Shown: piece by piece, positions 55,787 to 60,489 of the stretch
Numbering within the stretch: the first letter of the stretch is position 1
How the letters are laid out: each line of letters starts with the position of its first letter
NCBI GenBank assembly: GCA_047603125.1
Contig: JBLKOU010000002.1
Location: forward strand, 1-60,489
Reading direction: 5' to 3'
Length of the DNA: 60,489 nt
From: Candidatus Woesearchaeota archaeon
GTDB taxonomy: Archaea > Nanobdellota > Nanobdellia > Woesearchaeales > DATGWN01
The notes under the pieces: model-generated
Database searches by the model: none
The model's input: only the letters and a program-made list of their open reading frames with translations
What the model was told of the DNA's origin: nothing
Translations under genes and position numbers: made by a program

Positions 55787-58045
55787 ATGGTACAATATGA
55801 AATCATTCGTGAAGGAGAAGAGATACTTTTACGAGTCGATTTTTCTCAAACATATACTATTCCAACCGTTGAGGACGATCCTCGAACGATGGAGCTTGTT
55901 GTCAAATTCTTACAAGAAGTTAAGCACGCAACAAAAATTATTATCAATCAACAACGAGATTATGAGTATGATTATGAACAAACGCATATGCTCTTAGAAG
56001 TTGCGCAATTACAAATTCGTCTCGTTGATTTTCCCATTAATCCGCTCGTTTCTACAAATCGTCTTATTAGTCAACATTATGTTCAATTGCAACAAATAAT
56101 TCATCAAAAAGTTCGCTCTGATCCCATCGGTGCATATGTGTCATTGATTCGCCTTATCCGTCATACACATATGAAAAAGCCCCATGGTGTGGGTCAAGTA
56201 AAAGATGCATATGCGTATTTTTGTACAATCTTAGAGCAGATAAAACAAGAGTTTGAGAAAATACAATTAATTAAAATTAGCCAAGATCAAATAGAAACCT
56301 ATGACGAGTCCCATCGTGATATTTATCGCCAATTTTTCACACCTACTATTAAGCCTGATTTTATGTTAACAAAAATTATGGCAAGCTACCCAAAAAACGC
56401 AAAGGAAGTTGATTCCTTTATGATTGGCAAAACCCAAGTTACCATTTTTGAGCTTGCAGACAATGTTCAATACATGTATCATATTATGCCGCCAGAGTTT
56501 CAGCTCAGTGATGAACTCTACTCATTATTAGAAGATGCGCGCGCAGTCTTGTCAGAGCACAAACCACAAAAAGAAGAGTTTACTGATCCAGAGCGAATGC
56601 GAGAGGTGTTTTTTAATGTTGGGTTTGATTTAATACAAGAAATTGCAAATGAAAAACAAGTGCAACTTAGCAAAACTGAGCGAACAATGCTGACGAATAT
56701 TCTCATTCGTTACACAGTTGGTTTTGGTTTAATTGAAATTTTACTTGAAGATGAGCAGATGCAAGATATTTCCATAAATAGTCCACAAGGTGCAAATCCC
56801 ATTTACATTGTTCATGGAAAGTATGATGAGTGTATTACTAACATTATGCCAACAAAAGGCGAGGCTGAAAGCTGGGCGACAAAATTGCGATTGATTTCTG
56901 GTCGAAGTTTAGATGAGGCAGATCCTATTTTAGATACGGAGCTGGAATTTCCAAATGCGAGTGTTCGTGTTTCAGCAATTACGTATCCACTCAACCCTTC
57001 AGGTTTGGCGTTTTCCTTTCGTCGACATCGCGATAAACCATGGACGCTGCCATTATTTATGAAGTACAAGATGATTAATGCTCAAGCTGCTGGTCTATTG
57101 AGTTTTTTCATTGATGGTTCGCGAACAATGTTAATTGCGGGAACAAGAAGTAGCGGGAAATCGTCATTTTTATCAGCTATTATGATAGAAATTATGCGTC
57201 GGTATAGAATGATTACAATCGAAGATACATTGGAGCTGCCAACAAAACAAATGCGTGAATTAGGTTTTAATATTCAACCGATGAAAGTTGCATCTGCTCT
57301 GGGTGCAAAAACAAGTGAAATGGATGCAAGTGATGGTATTCGCTCAACACTACGATTAGGTGACTCGGCACTTATCGTTGGGGAGGTGCGAAGTACTGAA
57401 GCAAAGGCATTGTATGAAGCCATGCGTGTTGGCGCGGCTGCAAATGTAGTTGCAGGAACAATTCATGGTGATAGCCCGTATGGTATTTTTGATCGTGTGG
57501 TCAATGATATTGGCGTTCCAAAAACATCGTTTAAAGCAACGGATATTATTATTATCGCAAACCCTATTCGCTCAGCAGATGGGTTGCATAAATATAGGCG
57601 CGTGCTCTCGATAACAGAAGTGCGCAAAGATTGGGATGATGATCCGCTCAAAGAACATGGGTTTGTTGAATTGATGCGATATAATCCTCTGACAGATCAA
57701 TTAGAGCCAACGGATGCACTCATCGGAGGCGATTCTGATTCTCTCAAAGATATTGCAGGTCGTGTTCGCGAGTTTGCAGGAAACTGGGATGCCATTTGGC
57801 AAAATGTACAACTTCGCGGTCAATTAAAAGAGTTATTGGTGCAAGCAAGTACAGATGCAAATATTCCTGAATTATTAGAAGCGCCTTTTGTTATTTCTTG
57901 TAATGATGAATATCATCGTTTATATGAGAAGGTTCGACAAAACAAACGCTTTGAGAATGAGGAGCAAATAAATCAAGCAATCTTAGAACAATTTGAGCAA
58001 TGGTTACAAAGGCAGGTTCGTGCATGGCAGAAATCGATAAATTAA
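55787..58045 (+). CDS. Type II/IV secretion-family ATPase (archaeal FlaI/PilB-like) with a long N-terminal extension
   Basis: Walker A AGTRSSGKSS, Asp box ITIEDTLEL, Walker B ALIVGEVR and His box AGTIHGD, in 752 aa. Confidence 0.92.
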   Translation: MVQYEIIREGEEILLRVDFSQTYTIPTVEDDPRTMELVVKFLQEVKHATKIIINQQRDYEYDYEQTHMLLEVAQLQIRLVDFPINPLVSTNRLISQHYVQLQQIIHQKVRSDPIGAYVSLIRLIRHTHMKKPHGVGQVKDAYAYFCTILEQIKQEFEKIQLIKISQDQIETYDESHRDIYRQFFTPTIKPDFMLTKIMASYPKNAKEVDSFMIGKTQVTIFELADNVQYMYHIMPPEFQLSDELYSLLEDARAVLSEHKPQKEEFTDPERMREVFFNVGFDLIQEIANEKQVQLSKTERTMLTNILIRYTVGFGLIEILLEDEQMQDISINSPQGANPIYIVHGKYDECITNIMPTKGEAESWATKLRLISGRSLDEADPILDTELEFPNASVRVSAITYPLNPSGLAFSFRRHRDKPWTLPLFMKYKMINAQAAGLLSFFIDGSRTMLIAGTRSSGKSSFLSAIMIEIMRRYRMITIEDTLELPTKQMRELGFNIQPMKVASALGAKTSEMDASDGIRSTLRLGDSALIVGEVRSTEAKALYEAMRVGAAANVVAGTIHGDSPYGIFDRVVNDIGVPKTSFKATDIIIIANPIRSADGLHKYRRVLSITEVRKDWDDDPLKEHGFVELMRYNPLTDQLEPTDALIGGDSDSLKDIAGRVREFAGNWDAIWQNVQLRGQLKELLVQASTDANIPELLEAPFVISCNDEYHRLYEKVRQNKRFENEEQINQAILEQFEQWLQRQVRAWQKSIN

Positions 58046-60222
58046 AACGAAAATACGAAAAGCAAATTGAGCAGCAGTTAAAGAATAAAATCTCTTCAAC
58101 GCAGCTCTCGCAAGCAACCGTGGGCGAAGATGCAAATAGTCGAGTCTCCAGTGAGTATACTGCGTTTAAACAAGCAAATATTCGAACCACCATGTCTTTG
58201 TACGAGCAAGCTTGTGACTTTTTTGGAAAGAATTTACCTATTTCTCCAGATAAAACAAAAAAACCACAAATGCAGGCAGATATTCAAACATGCCATTTAC
58301 AAATCACTCCTGAGGGTGCAACGTCATTTGCGATTGTTGTGCCACTCCTCTTTATTATGATTTCAGGCATGTTTGCGTTTTTACTCACGCAAAGTGTTGG
58401 AGTGGTTTTTTTATTTTTTAGTCTGGGAGCAATTATGATTTTTCCATTGCTAAATCTTCCTTCTTATCTAGCGCAGAACTTTCGTATGAAAGCAAGTAAT
58501 CAGATGATCCTTTCTGTTTTTTATATTGTCACGTATATGCGCCATACGCCAAATTTAGAGCGTGCAATTGAATTTGCATCCCAGCATTTGAATGCACCGC
58601 TTTCTCTTGATCTCAAAAAAGTGATTTGGGATGTTGAAACGCAAAAATTTTCAAGTATTTTTGATTCACTGGAAAACTATTTAGAAACATGGCGGGATTA
58701 TAATGATGAATATGTAGAGAGTATGCATGTTGTTGTGAGTTCTTTATATGAGTCTTCAGAAAAGAAGCGACAAGAACTCCTCGATAAAGCGCTTGATTTA
58801 ATTTTGGAAGAAACATACGATAAGATGCTCCACTATGCACATAATTTGCAATCACCAATTACGGCACTTCATATGTTAGGTGTGGTTTTACCAATTTTAG
58901 GGCTAATCATGCTTCCCCTTGTTGTGAATTTTATGGATAATGTGCAATGGTATTATATCATGCTTGCGTATAACATTATTTTGCCCATTGCAATTTATGT
59001 GATGGGTCGACGAATATTAAGTTCACGACCATCTGGATACGGGGGAATGGAGCTTGATGAAAGTAATCCTGAAGTTCAGCGTTTGCTAAAACAAAAAATA
59101 AAACTTTTGGGTGTTTCGCTTCCCTTCACTCCAGCACAAATAGGGATAACGATTGCTGTTGTTTTTTGTTTTATAGGAATTTCACCGGTTCTTTTGCATT
59201 GGGCGGGCGCATCCGACATCGGATTTGGTTTGGAGCGAGATGATTCGAGCGTTGGTTGTGGATACCGATTCTGTTTACTTGATTATGAACAAACACCTCA
59301 AGGTGTTAAAGGACCATTTGGTTTGGGTGCAACGATTTTGAGTTTGTTTATACCGCTTGGTTTGGCGTTTGGGTTAGGGCTATATTATCAATTACGTTAT
59401 AATGCACTCATGGAGCTTCGCGTTGACACACAAAAATTAGAGGGTGAGTTTACGGGTGCGTTATTTCAATTATCAAATCGACTTGGTGATGGGTTACCTC
59501 CGGAGATTGCGTTTTCTCGTGTGGCAGAAAATATGCCAAACTCTCGCAGTGGGAAGTTTTTTCAAACAATTTCTGGTAATATTCAAAAACTGGGCATGGG
59601 TGTTGCGGAGGCTATCTTTGATCCTAAAATAGGAGCTTTGACATATTATCCGTCTAATTTGATTGAAAGCTCAATGAAAATTCTCACACAGAGTGCAAAG
59701 AAAGGACCAAGTGTTGCATCAAATGCCGTGTCAAATGTTGCGCGCTATATTCGAGAAATGGGACGTGTCAATGAACGATTGCGAGATTTAATGGCTGAAG
59801 TTATCTCATCTATGAAATCACAAATTGGTTTTTTAACACCTGTTATTTCTGCCATTGTTATCGGAATTACCTCAATGATTACGAGTATTTTGCGCGAGTT
59901 AAAAAATCAGTTAGAAGGTGTAGATGGGGCAGGTGATCCGGCTGCAGGTGCGGTTGGTGGTGGGTTGAACTTTTTGGATATGTTTGGCGAGGGTATTCCT
60001 GCGTTTTATTTTCAAATTATTATTGGTATTTATGTGGTGCAAGTGGTGTTTTTACTTTCAGTGCTCATTAATAGTATTCAAAACGGAATAGATCCGGTTA
60101 ATGAAAAATATATGCTGGGGAAAAATTTGATTGCTTCTACTTCATTATACATTGGACTTTCACTCGTGGTAATTATTATCTTTAATATTGTCGCGACGTC
60201 TATATTGACGAGTATGGTGTAA
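58024..60222 (+). CDS. FlaJ/TadC-like (T2SS-F family) polytopic platform protein
   Basis: Overlaps the ATPase 3' end by 22 nt. It has two similar halves, each a cytoplasmic helical region followed by TM helices. The call rests on architecture and on adjacency to the ATPase. Confidence 0.7.
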   Translation: MAEIDKLKRKYEKQIEQQLKNKISSTQLSQATVGEDANSRVSSEYTAFKQANIRTTMSLYEQACDFFGKNLPISPDKTKKPQMQADIQTCHLQITPEGATSFAIVVPLLFIMISGMFAFLLTQSVGVVFLFFSLGAIMIFPLLNLPSYLAQNFRMKASNQMILSVFYIVTYMRHTPNLERAIEFASQHLNAPLSLDLKKVIWDVETQKFSSIFDSLENYLETWRDYNDEYVESMHVVVSSLYESSEKKRQELLDKALDLILEETYDKMLHYAHNLQSPITALHMLGVVLPILGLIMLPLVVNFMDNVQWYYIMLAYNIILPIAIYVMGRRILSSRPSGYGGMELDESNPEVQRLLKQKIKLLGVSLPFTPAQIGITIAVVFCFIGISPVLLHWAGASDIGFGLERDDSSVGCGYRFCLLDYEQTPQGVKGPFGLGATILSLFIPLGLAFGLGLYYQLRYNALMELRVDTQKLEGEFTGALFQLSNRLGDGLPPEIAFSRVAENMPNSRSGKFFQTISGNIQKLGMGVAEAIFDPKIGALTYYPSNLIESSMKILTQSAKKGPSVASNAVSNVARYIREMGRVNERLRDLMAEVISSMKSQIGFLTPVISAIVIGITSMITSILRELKNQLEGVDGAGDPAAGAVGGGLNFLDMFGEGIPAFYFQIIIGIYVVQVVFLLSVLINSIQNGIDPVNEKYMLGKNLIASTSLYIGLSLVVIIIFNIVATSILTSMV

Positions 60223-60489
60223 AGAACTGTTACTACAACAATTTGTCAAGATCTTGAAATGGTGTCCAGAGTTTTTTTGTTTGTTTTGCGAGTGTTGGGT
60301 TTTGGCAACAGAGATGAGATGCTTGAAAAGTTTCTTCTGAAATATTTAGCGCGTGACAAATTTGATCATGAACAACAGTCGGGTTTTGAGTTTCTGGGCC
60401 AAAATAAAGCGTATGAAAATAAATTGGGTTTGGTTGATCTGATTTGAAAATGACACATGTGATGACTTCGTCATATAATTCTTTTGCTG

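Noticed and set aside
55335-55997. 220-aa ORF upstream of and overlapping the secretion ATPase
   Set aside because: It reads straight through repeat families A and B and intergenic sequence. A TTG start and a hydrophobic or random-looking translation make it unlikely.
55787-60222. Interpretation of the ATPase/platform pair as an archaellum (FlaI/FlaJ) motor
   Set aside because: No flagellin or FlaF/G/H-like (KaiC-type) genes are adjacent. The neighbours are pilin-like and adhesin-like genes, so a non-motility type IV filament is more consistent. This remains untested.
60223-60489. The terminal region: plus ORF 60259..60447 versus an open minus-strand frame running from the window edge to a TAG at 60233-60235 (…HDQICHALNISEETFQASHLCCQNPTLAKQTKKLWTPFQDLDKLL*)
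   Set aside because: Both frames are open and neither shows a recognisable family, so I cannot decide which is coding without the adjoining sequence. No call was made.
1-60489. Stop-codon reassignment (suggested by the in-frame TAA in the HIT gene) and a search for CRISPR arrays, tRNA and rRNA genes
   Set aside because: Genes in the window end in TAA, TAG or TGA (for example TGA for aIF2-beta and orc1, TAA for the giant gene), and long ORFs are otherwise uninterrupted, so the code is standard. No spacer-repeat periodicity or cloverleaf or rRNA-like GC-rich segments were seen in any intergenic region.

Overview
This is an AT-rich archaeal chromosomal segment using the standard genetic code. 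The gene content is that of a small-genome, probably DPANN-type archaeon, which is an inference from content only. No tRNA, rRNA or CRISPR array was recognised.

First ~19.5 kb, mostly housekeeping:
- aIF2-beta.
- PolD large subunit carrying a 175-aa mini-intein.
- A candidate oriC with ORB-like boxes directly upstream of a translationally coupled orc1/cdc6 - PolD small subunit - traB - membrane-protein operon.
- TrmB regulator, Ogt-like protein, PAN, M29 and M16 peptidases, CCA-adding enzyme and Pelota.
- RFC small subunit (30.6 kb) and deoxyhypusine synthase (53.5 kb) lie further on.

The rest is dominated by two cell-surface modules:
- Module 1 (19.6-28.6 kb) holds a Cys-motif secreted protein, a polytopic membrane/ectodomain fusion protein and three paralogous lipobox proteins.
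- Module 2 (32.7-50.7 kb) is an ~18 kb same-strand operon. It encodes a 1339-aa secreted protein, a 539-aa protein with a prepilin-like signal, and a 3245-aa membrane-anchored giant protein with (DP)n linkers, a Cys-rich region and at least 10 Ig-like repeats. Four small, translationally coupled prepilin-like proteins follow.
- A FlaI/PilB-type secretion ATPase and a FlaJ/TadC-like platform protein follow at 55.8-60.2 kb. Together this looks like an uncharacterised type-IV-pilus-like adhesion apparatus.

Other notable items:
- Two families of structured intergenic repeats (A x3, B x3 plus a fragment).
- A ~1.4 kb degraded mobile insert (RhuM plus a DinD-like remnant) flanked by 95-bp direct repeats of the deoxyhypusine synthase 5' end.
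- Several disrupted genes: HIT with an in-frame TAA, a frameshifted DUF559 gene, and a CYTH gene lacking a start codon.
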